Source: Malacoraja senta
Lineage: Eukaryota
Direction: 5' to 3'
Assembly (NCBI GenBank): GCA_038087875.1
Contig: CM075988.1
Location: 21,454,001 to 21,518,000, forward strand
DNA: 64,000 nt
Position numbers and translations under genes: made by a program. Shown here piece after piece: positions 1 to 11,599 of this stretch; the first letter of the stretch is position 1, and every line of letters begins with the position of its first letter. The notes below the pieces were generated by a model that searched no databases, had not been told where the DNA came from, and saw only the letters and a list, made by a program, of their open reading frames with translations.

Positions 1-279
1 TTTACAGCGCCAGAGACCCGCGTTTGATCCTGACCCTGGGTGCTGTCTGTACAAAGTTTGTACGTTCCCCCCGTGACCTGCGTGGGTTTTTCCCAGGAGC
101 TCTGGTTTCCGTCCACGCTCCAAAGACGTGCAGGTCTGTAGATGAATTGGTTTTGGTAAAAATTGTAAAAATTGACCTGAGAGTGTACGTTAATGATAGG
201 GGTGATCGCTGGTCGGCACAGACTCGGTGGGCCCATGGGCCTGTTTCCACATTGTATCTCTAAAGACTAAAGTCTAAAG
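1..279 (+). mobile_element. HE1-type V-SINE (tRNA-derived), 5' end cut by window edge
   Basis: B-box-like GTTTGATCC, central GGAGTTTGTACGTTCTCCCCGTGACC-type core, CR1-like tail GGGCCTGTTTCC...TGTATCTCTAAA with TCTAAAG repeats. Confidence 0.85.
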
Positions 280-994
280 CTCATTAGATATATTTAAGGT
301 GGAAATGCATGAATATTTGAAATTCAAGCTTAAGAGAAATTGACACAGAAGAGTCGAGGACAGCAGAGAACAGCTATGATAGTGAGTCATAGAGTCATAC
401 AGTGTGGAAACAGGCCCTTCGACCCAACTTGCCCATGCCGACCAACATGCCCCATCTACACTAGTCCCACGTGCCTGCATTTGGCCCCTATCCCTCTAAA
501 CCTATCCCATCCACATCTGTCCAAATGCTTCTTAAACGCCACGATAGTACAAGAATTTCATTGTCTTATCTGGGACACATGACAATAAACTCTCTTGACT
601 TGACTTGACTTGTCACGACTAAAAAAAGCTTTCTTCTCCCCTCCTACAATCAGTCCAAAGAATGGTCTCGACCCTAAAAGGTCACCTATCCATGTTCTCC
701 AGAGATGCTGCCTGACCCACTGGATTACTCCAGCACGTTGTGTCCTTCTGAGCAGAGTTCTGCTCTTGCATTCTTCCTGTTGTAGTAAAATCATCACTCC
801 TTAGAAAAAGCATTTTGTTTGTTTCCAAGTTGCATTTTTAGATAGACACCCTCATGAGCTCTGTTGGAAGTAACAATGGCCTTGGTTTTGGACCTAATGG
901 AGACATATTCCCTAATCACCATCCCACGCCAACTCTCAACTGCTTGGCGGGGGCAACGCACCAAATTTGGCATGTTGTACATTCCTATATTGGT

Positions 995-1636
995 GGGCGG
1001 CACGGTGGCACAGCGGTAGAGTTGCTGCCTTAAAGGCCTGTCTCACGAGTCTGCGGTCATTGGCGGCGAAACGGGAAGAATCTGCCGCCATAGACCGCGC
1101 ACTCGTGAGAACGCACAATTCCGGGGCCGTGTGGCGGTGTTCCCAACACCGCACGGTGCTAAAATAAAACCTACACTGTTGAAAAATATTTTCCTACCGC
1201 ACAACCTCCACCAGTGATGCACGAGTGCCGCACGGCCGCCCGCACGGCCGCCGCCAGTGTGGCTCGAGCGCCGTGCGTCAAACCTCCACTGCCACAGCCT
1301 CCGCCAGTGAGGCACGTGTGCGGCACGGCTGCAGGCACAGCCACCGCTACAGCGCCGCGATCAGGACGGCCGCCGCCACAGCCGCCGCTAGTGAGTCACG
1401 TGCGGCGGGCCGACGTCATCGCAGTCGGCCCGCCCTTTTTTTACTTACCGCAAGCACGTGGGACCAGCCGTATTTGAATCACTCGGACCCCGCGCAGCAT
1501 CCGTGCGGCGCTTCCGTGGATAGGCTCGGCGCTCTCGCCATTGCCGTGCGGTCCACTCTACAGGCGAAGCCGCGCTTCACCGCCGATGACCGCAAACACG
1601 TAAGACAGAGCCTTTACAGAGCCAGGGATTCGATCT
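995..1636 (+). mobile_element. HE1-type SINE head interrupted by a MITE
   Basis: GGGCGGCACGGTGGCACAGCGGTAGAGTTGCTGCC-TTA resumes as TTA-CAGAGCCAGGGA after 1613. Confidence 0.8.
1033..1613. mobile_element. PIF/Harbinger-like MITE, internal type A
   Basis: Imperfect TIRs AAGGCCTGTCTCACG / CGTAAGACAGAGCCT, TTA TSD at 1030-1032 and 1614-1616; second copy inverted at 42869-43568. Confidence 0.8.
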
Positions 1637-1945
1637 ACTATCTTCCCCAGTGTAATTCAGAAGAATTTTACAATGCCCATATCCAGGTATAAATCACTTG
1701 CTTCATGTATGAGGATGTTAGACACAGACCGTAGCACATTCATGGCCCATCCATATACCCACGGCGTCAAGAGAATTTTGCTCCACATTGAAAGAAAAAT
1801 ATCTTTTGGATTAATTCCTTGGATCAGCTAAAGCCTGCTACACACGTGAATTATAGAACAAGCGAGGAACTCACAGTCATGGGCAATTAAGGGTTACGTG
1901 TTTAACGTTTAATGCTGTTCATATCCTAAACAGAAAATAAATCTT

Positions 1946-2271
1946 GTGTAGCAAGGAACTGCAGATGCTTGTTTACACTGAAGTTAGATGCAAAATGCTG
2001 GAGTAACTCAGCGGGACAGGCAGCATCTCAGGATAGAAGGAATGGGTGACGTTTCGGGCCTCGACCAGAGTCTGAAGTAGAGTCTCGGCCCGAAATGTCG
2101 CCCATTCCTTCTATCCAGGGAAAAATAAATCTTAGGTAGACAAAAGTCTGAAGAAGGGTTTCGACCCGAAACGTTGCCTATTTCCTTCGCTCCATAGATG
2201 CTGCCTCACCCGCTGAGTTTCTCCAGCATTTTTGTCTACCTTCGATTTTCCAGCATCTGCAGGTCCTTCTT
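1946..2271. mobile_element. Two adjacent short Penelope-derived elements (subfamily 1 then subfamily 2)
   Basis: Target GAAAATAAATCTT-like sequence present three times (1933-1945, 2120-2133, 2272-2285); hammerhead-like core at 2148-2175. Confidence 0.7.
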
Positions 2272-2671
2272 GAAAAATAAATCTTGTCTGGAAATGTTTT
2301 GAAGCCGCTTGCTGTTTGTGATGAAATCAAACTAGCATAAAATTTGGAAATGCTGAGCGGATTTTGTGGGATGTATTTTAAGAATAGATTCTTCCTGGCC
2401 TTTCCCGACACAATCTGGAATCCATTCAATCACGGACTAAAACCAATTATGGAGGGAAACAAAAACGAGTCTGTAGCTAATGAGAGCAACATGATGAACT
2501 TTGAACAGAAATGCGTCCTCTGTATTCAAAACGAGATGTCAGAATGGCCGATGAAATATTTGGAAAGAGGTTGGGAAACAGGAAATATATCTTTCTAGAG
2601 ACCTTCAAATTCAAAGTTTATACACAAGGACCGCGAGGCATCGTGAAGTGTTTCACAGTAGCTTATCAAAT

Positions 2672-2995
2672 CCTCTTGCTCAGTCAGAGTGAGGCCAAAC
2701 GCCAATTGGAGGAGCAGCACCTCATATTTTGCTTGGGCAGCTTACACCCCAGTGGTATGAACATTGACTTCTCTAACTTCAAGTAACCCTTGCTTTCCCT
2801 CTCCCTCTGTCCCTCCCCCAGCCTAGTTCACCGACTAGTTTCACTGATTAATTTTACTGTCTACCTCGTTGTCATCTTTGATTTGTCCCTTTCTCACCTT
2901 ACATGGTTTTTGCCCCTTCCATATTGCTCCTTTCTCTTTCCCCTGACTCTCAGCCTGAAGAAGGGTCTCAACCCAAAATGTTACCCATTCCTTCT
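2672..2995 (+). mobile_element. Penelope-like element 3' fragment (GIY-YIG endonuclease C-terminus plus 3' UTR)
   Basis: Translates QSEAKRQLEEQHLIFCLGSLHPSGMNIDFSNFK*, followed by a pyrimidine-rich UTR and CTGAAGAAGGGTCTC motif. Confidence 0.75.
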
Positions 2996-3171
2996 CTGCC
3001 TGCATTTGGCCCATATCCCTCTAAACCTGTCCTATCCATGTACCTGTCTATGGACACAAAATGCTGGAGTAATTCAGTGGGACACAACGTTATCCATTCC
3101 TTCTCTCCAGAGATGCTGCCTGACCCGCTGAGTTAATCCAGCATTTTGTGTCTATCTTAAATGAAACATTT

Positions 3172-3628
3172 GGTTTAGTTAGTTTATTGTCATGGGTACC
3201 GAGGTACAGTGAAAAGCTGTTGTTGTATGCTAACCAGTCAGTGGAGAGACAATACATGATTACAATCGAGCCACCCACAGTGTACAGGAACATGATGAAG
3301 GGAATATCGTGAATAGTGTTTAGTGCAAGATAAAGCCAGTAAAGTCCGATCAAAGATAGTCTGAGGGTTTCCAACAAGGTAGATAGTAGCTCAGGACTGC
3401 TCTACAGTTGCGGTAGGATGGTTCAGTTGCCTGATAACAGCTGGGAAGAAACTGTCTCTGAATCTGAAGGTGTGCGTTTTCACACTTCTGTACCATTTGC
3501 CCGATGGGAGAGGGGAGAAGATGGAGTGGCCAGGGTGTGACTTGTCCTTGATTGTGCAGCGCGGGGTGTAAATGGAGTCATGGTAGGTTGGTTCGTGTGA
3601 TGATCCGGCCAGCCTCGACAATTCTCTG
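3172..3628 (-). mobile_element. Rex1/Babar-clade LINE 3' end
   Basis: IKDKSHPGHSIFSPLPSGKWYRSVKTHTFRFRDSFFPAVIRQLN C-terminal motif; tail TGACAATAAA plus (ACTAA)n. Confidence 0.75.
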
Positions 3629-4637
3629 CAATTAAAATGATGTTAGTCGGCAGGGAAGATAAACACCAAATGCTGGAGTAACTCAGCGGTTCAGGCAGCA
3701 TCCCTGGAGAGAAGGAATGGGTGACGCCTGAAGAAGGGTCTCGACTCGAAACGTCACGCATTCCTTCGCTCCAGAGATGTTGCCTGTCCCGCCGAGTTAC
3801 TCCAGCATTCTGTGTCTATACCTGGTGTAAACCAGCATCTGCAGTTCCTTCCTGCCGACACATTGCTGCTGTCATGATTTGTGCCGAGTTAGCTGCTTTA
3901 ATCAGGATGGTAATAAGTGCACTCCATCTGCCTTCAGCAATTTTGGATCGGAGAGTTGAAGATCAGCCAGGGTTATGCTCAGTTCCTGATCTGTGTTTAG
4001 GGAGCGTGTGCGTGGCTTTGTGACTTCCTACAGGATACAATGGGCTGCCAATACTCCCCGTGGGACTGCCCTGGGAGCACCGGCCACACTCCACACACAA
4101 GCTGATGGACGCAGGCACTGAACCAGACTCCAACCAGGGGATGGAAACCACCCCATGGGCAGGGATGCTGATCAAAGCAACCTCCTGACAAGAACATGGC
4201 TGGCGACGGTCCAAGGTAAAGTTGAATGTCATGAACCAGAGAAACCAGAACAGAAATTGGGCGGAGGAGAATCAGTTTAAATTGTAGCAGCAGAGTGGAA
4301 AAGTTCAAAGACAAATGAAAAGGTGACATCAATTTTGCAATAGAGAGATTTATGAATGTTTATTGCTTTAGTGTTTGGATATTGTTGTCACAAGAGTCAG
4401 CAGATAAACGCGATGCGGATTTTTAAATCGCTCAGTCAACTCTTTTAGTGAAGCCACAAAATGTTTAACACAGATGAGCTAGAGGCAGGGAAACATTGCA
4501 GAAGTGTGATAAGCCGTTGTCGCCCAATGTTGCTGATAGTAATTTCAAGTCATTGTTAGTGCAATCTTGCTTGAAAGCAATAAAGCTGAAGTATGTTTCC
4601 ATGTGAAAGCTTTGATACTGGTCCACAGGACATACTC

Positions 4638-4935
4638 TCATTAAGAGTCACACTCTCATTGGATGCACAGAGTCTCTTGCCCAGAGTGGGAGAATTGAGG
4701 ACCAGAGGACATAGGTTTAAGTTGAGGAGAGAAAGATTTAATAGGAATCTGAGGGGTAACTTTTTCACACAAAGGGTGGTGGGTGTATGGAACGGGCTGC
4801 CAGAGGAGGTAGTTGAGGCTGGGACTATCCCAACGTTTAAGAAGCAGTTAGACAGGTACATGGATAGGACAGGTTTGGAGGGATATGGACCAATCGCGGG
4901 CAGGTGGGACTAGTGTGGCTGGGACATGTTGGTTT
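4638..4935 (+). mobile_element. CR1-clade LINE (HER1-type) 3' fragment
   Basis: RTRGHRFKL...RGNFFTQRVVGVWNGLPEEVVEAGTIPTFKKQLDRYM, typical CR1 ORF2 C-terminus. Confidence 0.85.
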
Positions 4936-5444
4936 GTAAGTTAATTAGCTTGGTAAATGTAAAAATTGTCCCTGTGTAGCGTTAGTGTTAGTGTGCGGGG
5001 ATCGCTGGTCGGTGCGGACTCGTTAGGCAAAAGGGCCTGGTTCTTGGTTCTTGGTTTCCTGGTCCTCCAAAAATATTCCAAATGGAATTTGAGCTGGAGG
5101 TGGCGGAGGGTGGACTTAAGCAAAAAAGGGTTCCGTGCTGTATCTCTAAACTAAACTAAACCTGCATCAGTCAATTCTCCACTCACACACAAACATTTTT
5201 GCACGTAAATTCACCTTTATAATATTATGACAGATTGACAAATACAACTGCTGTGAAGCCCTGGAAAGGCTGAGTCACATATGCATGCCGAGGTATTTGC
5301 CCAGCATGTTAGATTTTAATGGAAAGTAAGAGTTGCCATGAATATAAATCTCACACTGTGCCTGGTCTACAAAGGTGATGCATAATATCTGCATGAGTCC
5401 TGGATATTAATAACTGCAAAAGCACCAATTGCTATAACCACACT

Positions 5445-5737
5445 TTAGACTTTTTTAGACTTTAGACTTTAGAGATGCAGCGTGGAAACAGGCCCTACGG
5501 CACGCCGCGTCCGCGCCGACCAGCGATCACCCCGTACACTAGCACTATCCTACACACTAGGGACAATGTACAATTTTTACCGAAGCCAATTAACCTACAA
5601 ACCTGCACGTCTTTGGAATGTGGGAGGGAACCGGAGCACCCAGAGAAAACCCACGCGGTCTCAGGGAGAACGTACAAACTCCATACAGACAGCACCCGTA
5701 GTCAGGATCAAATCTGGGTGTCTGGCGCTGCAAGGCA
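5445..5737 (-). mobile_element. HE1-type SINE
   Basis: Reverse complement of the SINE consensus with (TTTAGAC)n tail. Confidence 0.85.
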
Positions 5738-6417
5738 CCGTGACACCCACCCAACCCAATATATTTACAAATCCATTGAAGAAGATGTCAAGCTCAAAAC
5801 AAAGAGACCACAATATCTAACTGGTAAGATTACTAGCATTAATAACAGTAGAATATAAAAAGGAACTGCAAATGCTGGTTTGTACCAAATATAGACACAA
5901 AGCACTGGAGTAGCTCGACGGGTTGGGCAGCATCTCGGGAGAAAATATAATAGGTGACGGGGTTTTGGGTCAGACTGAAGAATAATACTATTCTTTAATA
6001 GCACCAGGCCTTAATTAACCATATTAACCATTAACCATTATAATTAGGTTTAGATTTAGGCTTATTATTGAGGTACAGTAAAAGGCTTTGCTTTGCATGA
6101 CAACCAATGCGGCCTAGCTGCTCTAAATGTGGCCTCACCTCCATCTTGTGTAACTGCAACATGACCTCCCAACCTCTATGCTCAGAACTCGGACAGATGA
6201 AGCAATAGGGGCAAAAGCTTTTCTGGCCACCCCATCCACCTGTGACGCCACCTTCAGGGAACCATGTACCTACACGCCTAGATCCCTCTGCTCTACAACT
6301 CTCCCCAGAGCTCCGCAGAGTGTAGGTCCTGCCCACGTTAGACTTTCCAAAATGCAACACCTCAGATTTCTCTATAATTATGTTGCAATTTTCAGAATCT
6401 TTTTCCCATGGTAGGGA

Positions 6418-6992
6418 TTAGTTTAGCCTAGTTTATTGTCACGTGTCCCGAGGTACAGTGAAAAGCTTTTTGTTGCGTGCTATCCAGTCAGCGGAATGAC
6501 AATACATGATTACAATCGAGCCATCCGCAGTGTACATGTACATGATAAAGGGAGCAACATGAATAAAATTTAGTGCAAGATAAAGTCAGATCAAAGATAG
6601 TCCGAGGATCTCCAATGAGGTGGATAGTAGCTCAGGACTGCTCTCTTGTTGGTGATAGGATGGTTCAGTTGCCTGTTAAAAGGTGGGAAGAAACTGTCCC
6701 TGAATCTGGAAGTGTATGTTTTTGCACTTCTAAACCTTTTTGCCCGATGGGAGAGGGGGAGGAGGGAGTGGCCGGGATGCAACTCATCCTTGATTAAGCT
6801 GCTGACTTTGCCAGGGCTGCGTGAGATGTAGATGGAGTCAATGGAAGGGAGGTAGGCAAAAGTGCTGGAGAAACTCAGCAGGTGAGGCAGCATCTATGGA
6901 GCGAAGGAAATAGGCAACGTTTCGGGTCGAAACCCTTCTTCAATGGAAGGGAGGTTGGTTTGTGTGATGGTCTGGTTTGCGTTCACAATTCT
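6418..6992 (-). mobile_element. Rex1/Babar LINE 3' end containing a short Penelope-derived insertion
   Basis: IKDELHPGHSLLPL...RFRDSFFP motif; insertion 6854-6939 flanked by TCAATGGAAGGGAGGT at 6838-6853 and 6940-6955. Confidence 0.75.
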
Positions 6993-7047
6993 CGAGGAGG
7001 CCGAAGGGCCTGTTTCCATGCTGTGTCCTTCATTGAATGGAGTCAAT

Positions 7048-7256
7048 CAGATAGACACAAAATGCTGGAGTAACTCAGCGGGACAAGCAGCATCTCTGGA
7101 GAGAAGGAATGGGTGACGTTTCAGACCAGAAGAATGGCCTTGACCTGAAACGTCACCCATTCCTTCCCTCCAGAGATGCTGCCTGACCCGCTGAGTTACT
7201 CCAGCATTTTGCGTCTACCTTTGGTGTTAAACAGCAGTTGCAGTTCCTTCCTGCAC
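7048..7256. mobile_element. Palindromic short Penelope-derived element
   Basis: GACACAAAATGCTGGAGTAACTCAGCGGG...GGGTGACGTTTC followed by its own inverted copy. Confidence 0.7.
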
Positions 7257-7262
7257 ATTCGA

Positions 7263-7580
7263 GGGGCACGGTGGCGCAACGGAAGAGTTGCTGCCTTTCA
7301 GTGCTTCCAGCGCCAGAGACACGGGTTCAATCACGAATACTGGTGCTGTCTGTACGGAGTTTGTACGTGATCCCCGTGACCGCATGGGGTTTCCTCGAGA
7401 TCTTTGGGTTCCTCCCACCCTCCAAAGACGTACAGGCTTGTAGGTTAATTGGCTTGATGTATGGGTGGGTGTAAATTGTCCCTAGTGTGTGTAGGATAGC
7501 GTTAATATGCGGGGATCGCTGGTCGTTGCAGACTTGATGGGCCGAAGGGCCTGTTTCTGTGCTGTATCTCTAAAACTCAA
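7263..7580 (+). mobile_element. HE1-type SINE, near full length
   Basis: A-box TGGCGCAACGG, B-box GGTTCAATC, core and CR1-like tail. Confidence 0.85.
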
Positions 7581-8792
7581 ACGAAAAAAAACTAAAACAT
7601 CCAAATCAATCAGAATTGGAAACAATGCCTCAAAGGGCTTACTGCAACTGGAGATGTCTTCTTCTGGTGATTCTAGAACTTGTATAATTCACCACCTGAC
7701 AAGCACAACACTCTTTGTAAACGCTTCTGATATTCCTCACTCTGATACTGCAGTAGTCGGAGGCTGCTAATCAAAAATCCTGTTCGGCAGCTGAGAAATC
7801 TACTGCTTTGAAGTAATGATCAATAAACTGAGAGTAATCGAAATACTGAAATCAAAAACTGGAAATTCTTTCATCTCCATTTCTTTCTTCATGGGAGTTG
7901 AACAAGGGCCTCGTGAAATGCAATGTGGGTTGAACAACAGAGGATGCTGGCTCAGTGAGCTGTTTTCAAAAGATCCCAATAATTTTTTTTTTTGGGGCAG
8001 TTCGCTTTCATACCTTCCCCTCTTTAATCAATATTTTAAATTACAATCATGGTACTTGGGTTTCATCAAAATATCACGGTCCCACTTCAGAAATGTTTCA
8101 TGCGAATGCAAAATGCAGGGCGCTGCTGTAAATATGAACACTAAACATAAATTTCTCGTAAGGTCAGGCAGCATCTCTGGAGGAAGAAGAGGAGTTGACG
8201 TTTCAGGTCATTGACCTTCCCAGCTCCAGCGTCTGATGTTTTGTGTTGGTTCCCAACTGGAGCGGGTTTAGCTCAGAGATACTACGTGAAAACAGGCCCT
8301 TCAGCCCATCAGGTCCACGCCGACCATTCCGTACTAGTTCTACGTTATCCCGCTTTCTCATCCACTCCTTACATGCTAGGGGGCAATTTACAGAGGGCCA
8401 ATTAACCTACAAACCCACACTTACTTGGGATGTGGGAGGAAACCGGAGCACCCAGAGCAAGCCCAGGGGGGAGCGTGCAAACTCCACACAGACAGCACCC
8501 AGGGTCAGTATTGAACCCGTGTCTCTGGTGCCGTGAAGCAGTGGCTCTACCTGTTGCTCCACTGTGCCGCCCTGTCATCAGTCATTGTTTATTTTTATTC
8601 TTTCCCGACTAAATTTGTTATTGATAACTCTTGGCTATAGTTTGCAAACTGCGCTGTCCCTGCCTCTAGGTTCACAAATCTTTGTGCAAACTTAATTTTC
8701 AGCTCAATATGAAAAGAAATCACCATGACTCCATCACCATGGTTACTCCATGACCAAATGGCAGAATCTCGTCCTTAATGCTATATTTTTCA

Positions 8793-9920
8793 GGTGACAC
8801 AGTGGCATAGCGGTAGAGTTGCTGCCTGACAGCTCCGGAGACCCAGGTTCGATCCTGACTACGGGTGCTGTCTGTCCGGAGTTTGCACGTTCTCCCCATG
8901 ACCTGCGTGGGTTTTCCCCGGGTGCTCCGGTTTCCGACCCACACTCCAAAGACTTGCAGGTTTGTAAGTTAATTGACTTTGGTAAAATTGTAAATTGTCC
9001 CTCGTGTGAGTAGGATATTGCTAGTGTACGGGGATCGCTGGTCGGCGTAGACTCAGTGGGCTTAAGGGCCTGTTTCTGCGCCGTACAGGTTTGTTGGTTA
9101 AATGGCTTCAGTAAAATTGTAAGTTGTCTCTGGTGTGTAGGTTGGGGTTAGTGTACGGGGTGATCGCTGGTCGGCCTGTTTCCGCGCTGTATCTCTAAAG
9201 TCTAAAGTAAACTGCCCATAAGAGAATCAGGCAACGACATGTAATTTTTCCCCCTCTGACTTTCTGTTTAAGTGAATGGAAGAATTGGGTTCAGATCGGA
9301 CGGCCCAGCGGCTCAGCTGGTAGAGTTGCTGCCTCACAGCGCCAGAGACCCAACTTCGATCCTGACCTCCAGAGCTGTCTGTGCGGAGCTTGCACGTTCC
9401 CCCTGTGACCGCGTGCATTTCCTCCCACCTCCCACATCCCAAAGACGTGCGGGTGTGTAGGTCAATTGGCCTCTCTATGATTCACCCGAGTGGGTGGGGA
9501 GTGGATGGTAAAGTAGAACAACATAGAACAAGGGCGGCACGGTGGCACAGCGGTGGAGTTACCGCCTAACGGCGCCAGAGACCCAGGTTCGATCCTGACT
9601 ACGGGCGCTGTCTGTACGGAGTTTGTACGTTCTCCCCGTGACCTGCGTGGGTTTTCTCCGGGATCTCCGCTTTCCTTCTACACTCCAAAGACGTACAGGT
9701 TTGTAGGCTAATTGGCTTGGTTTAATTGTAAATTGTCCCTAGTGAGTGCAGGATAGTGTTAGTGCATGGGGATCGCTGGTCGGCACGGACTCGGTGGGCC
9801 GAAGGGCCTGCTTCTCTAAAACTAAACAATCTAAAAACTAGTGTGAACGGGTGGTTGGTGATCGATGGCTGGCGTTGCTTCAGTGGGCTGAAGGGCCCGT
9901 TTCAATGCTGTATCTCACAA
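8793..9920 (+). mobile_element. Cluster of tandem and nested HE1-type SINEs
   Basis: Heads at about 8793, 9300 and 9532; the 9532-9838 copy has clear A-box TGGCACAGCGG and B-box GGTTCGATCC and sits inside the 9300 copy. Confidence 0.85.
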
Positions 9921-10156
9921 CTTGACATTCGATTCCTTCTGAATGCAAAGACAGCCTGACACAGCCACAAGCAAGCCCACAGTAGATTGATTTTTATAAC
10001 AGAAAAGTTAAGAATACAAGGACAAATAATTATTACGTACTTTGAAAAGTTATGTTTAGCCCCCAGTGAATGGACTCTGTTCTGTTATTTCCTTTTTGCT
10101 ATTGGGTTAGAAAAACAACCATCAGAAAAATAGATTCCCTGGGTCATTAATTACTC

Positions 10157-10770
10157 TGTGTAGGAAGGAACTGCAGATGCTGGTTTAAACTGAAGATAGA
10201 CACAAAAAGCTGGAGTAACTCTGCGGTTCAGGCAGCATCTCTGGAAAAACGAATAGGTGATGTTTCGGATCGAGGACCTTCTTCAGACTGAGTCAGGGGA
10301 AAGGGAAACAAGAGATATAGACAGCGATGTAGAGGAACATAGAACAAATGAATGAAAGATATGCAAAAAAGTAATGATGATAAAGGAAACAGGCCATTGT
10401 TAGCTGTGGCTTGGGTGAAAACGAGGTCAGACAATGAGACTCAACAAGACGCCTTTGAAGCTGGTACGACTTGGCTGGGGGAGGGATGGAGAGAGGGGGG
10501 ATGCAAGGGTTACTTGAAGTTAAGGGCCTGTCCCATTTGGGCGTCATTTGCGCGTCACGCAGGTGGCGAGCGAAGATTTTGTGAATCCCAAAATCCTGGG
10601 GCGCCGCGTGCGACCGAGCGTCACTGCCTACGTCACCACGCACCATGCACGCGTAATGCACGCATCACGTGCGCGTCACGACACGTGCGTCATGACGCGT
10701 AAATGATGTCGTGTAAATGACGCGCAAATGACTCCCAAGTGGGACAGGCCCTTTAGAGAAATCAATATTC
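10157..10770 (-). mobile_element. Penelope-like element 3' end interrupted by a MITE
   Basis: Reverse complement of ORF end (NIDFSNFK*) plus long UTR and hammerhead-like core at about 10261-10287. Confidence 0.7.
10523..10752. mobile_element. PIF/Harbinger-like MITE, internal type B
   Basis: TIR AGGGCCTGTCCCA / TGGGACAGGCCCT extended by GTCATTTGCGCGTCA / TGACGCGCAAATGAC; TTA TSD at 10520-10522 and 10753-10755; empty site GAAG-TTA-GAGAA seen at about 24535. Confidence 0.85.
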
Positions 10771-11167
10771 GAAGTCGTCTTGTTCAGCGATCATTAATTA
10801 CAATGCTCCTTGGGCTAACTGGCAATGTGTATAATCGTCTACACTGGAGTCCTGATCGCACTTTGAAAGTACTTTCTTGGGTGTGAATTGCTAAAGATTA
10901 TTTGAAAGTGATAGAAGGCATAATATATATACAAGTGTTTTGACAGGTTTAGAAAAGATTAAAGCACCAATTGGTACAGTGACAGGAGGCTGATTTAATA
11001 GACCACTGTCTCAATGCCAGGATTAATGTTGCCAGGATAAGATCACATGTCACTAAAGCAATTTGGAATTTGAAAAAGTCAGTTAATTAAATAACTCTGC
11101 AATAAAAACCTGATGCCAGTGTGGGAGACATGACATTTTCGAATTGTTCCAAAAGCAGATCTGATTT

Positions 11168-11599
11168 CCAAGCGCAGGCTCGGTGATCGCTTTGCCCAAC
11201 ACCTCCGCTCGGTTCGCACAAACCAACCTGATCTCCCGGTGGCTCAGCACCTCAACTCCCCTCCCATTCCGAATCCGACCTTTCTGTCCTGGGCCTCCTC
11301 CATGGCCAGAGTGAGGCCCAGCACAAATTGGAGGTACAGCACCTTATATTTCGCTTGGGTAGCTTCCACCCCAGGGGTATGAACATTGACCTCTAATTTC
11401 AGATAACCCTTGCTTTCTCCCTCTTTCCCCTTCCCCTTGCCACAAGCCTATTGTCTCCGCCTCTTCCTTTCTTTTTCCACCCCCCCCCGACATCAGTCTG
11501 AAGAAGGGTCTCGCCCCAAAACGTCGCCTATTCCTTCTCTCCATAGATGCTGCCTCACCTGCTGAGTTCCTCCAGCATTTTTGCCTACCTCTGATTTCC
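11168..11599 (+). mobile_element. Penelope-like element 3' fragment (GIY-YIG domain C-terminal half, subfamily 2 UTR)
   Basis: KRRLGDRFAQHLRSVRTNQPDLPVAQH...DLSVLGLLHGQSEAQHKLE.QHLIFRLGSFHPRGMNID with small frameshifts, then CTGAAGAAGGGTCTCGCCCCAAAACGTC at 11498. Confidence 0.8.

Noticed and set aside
1043..1692. Ala/Arg/Pro-rich ORFs of up to 155 aa (also 42960-43578, 39056-39552, 60888-61392)
   Set aside because: They lie within GC-rich MITEs, are open in several frames because of low stop-codon density, and have no recognisable domain
9532..9605. tRNA gene-like sequence with A and B boxes
   Set aside because: It is the SINE head, continuing into the SINE core and present in dozens of diverged copies
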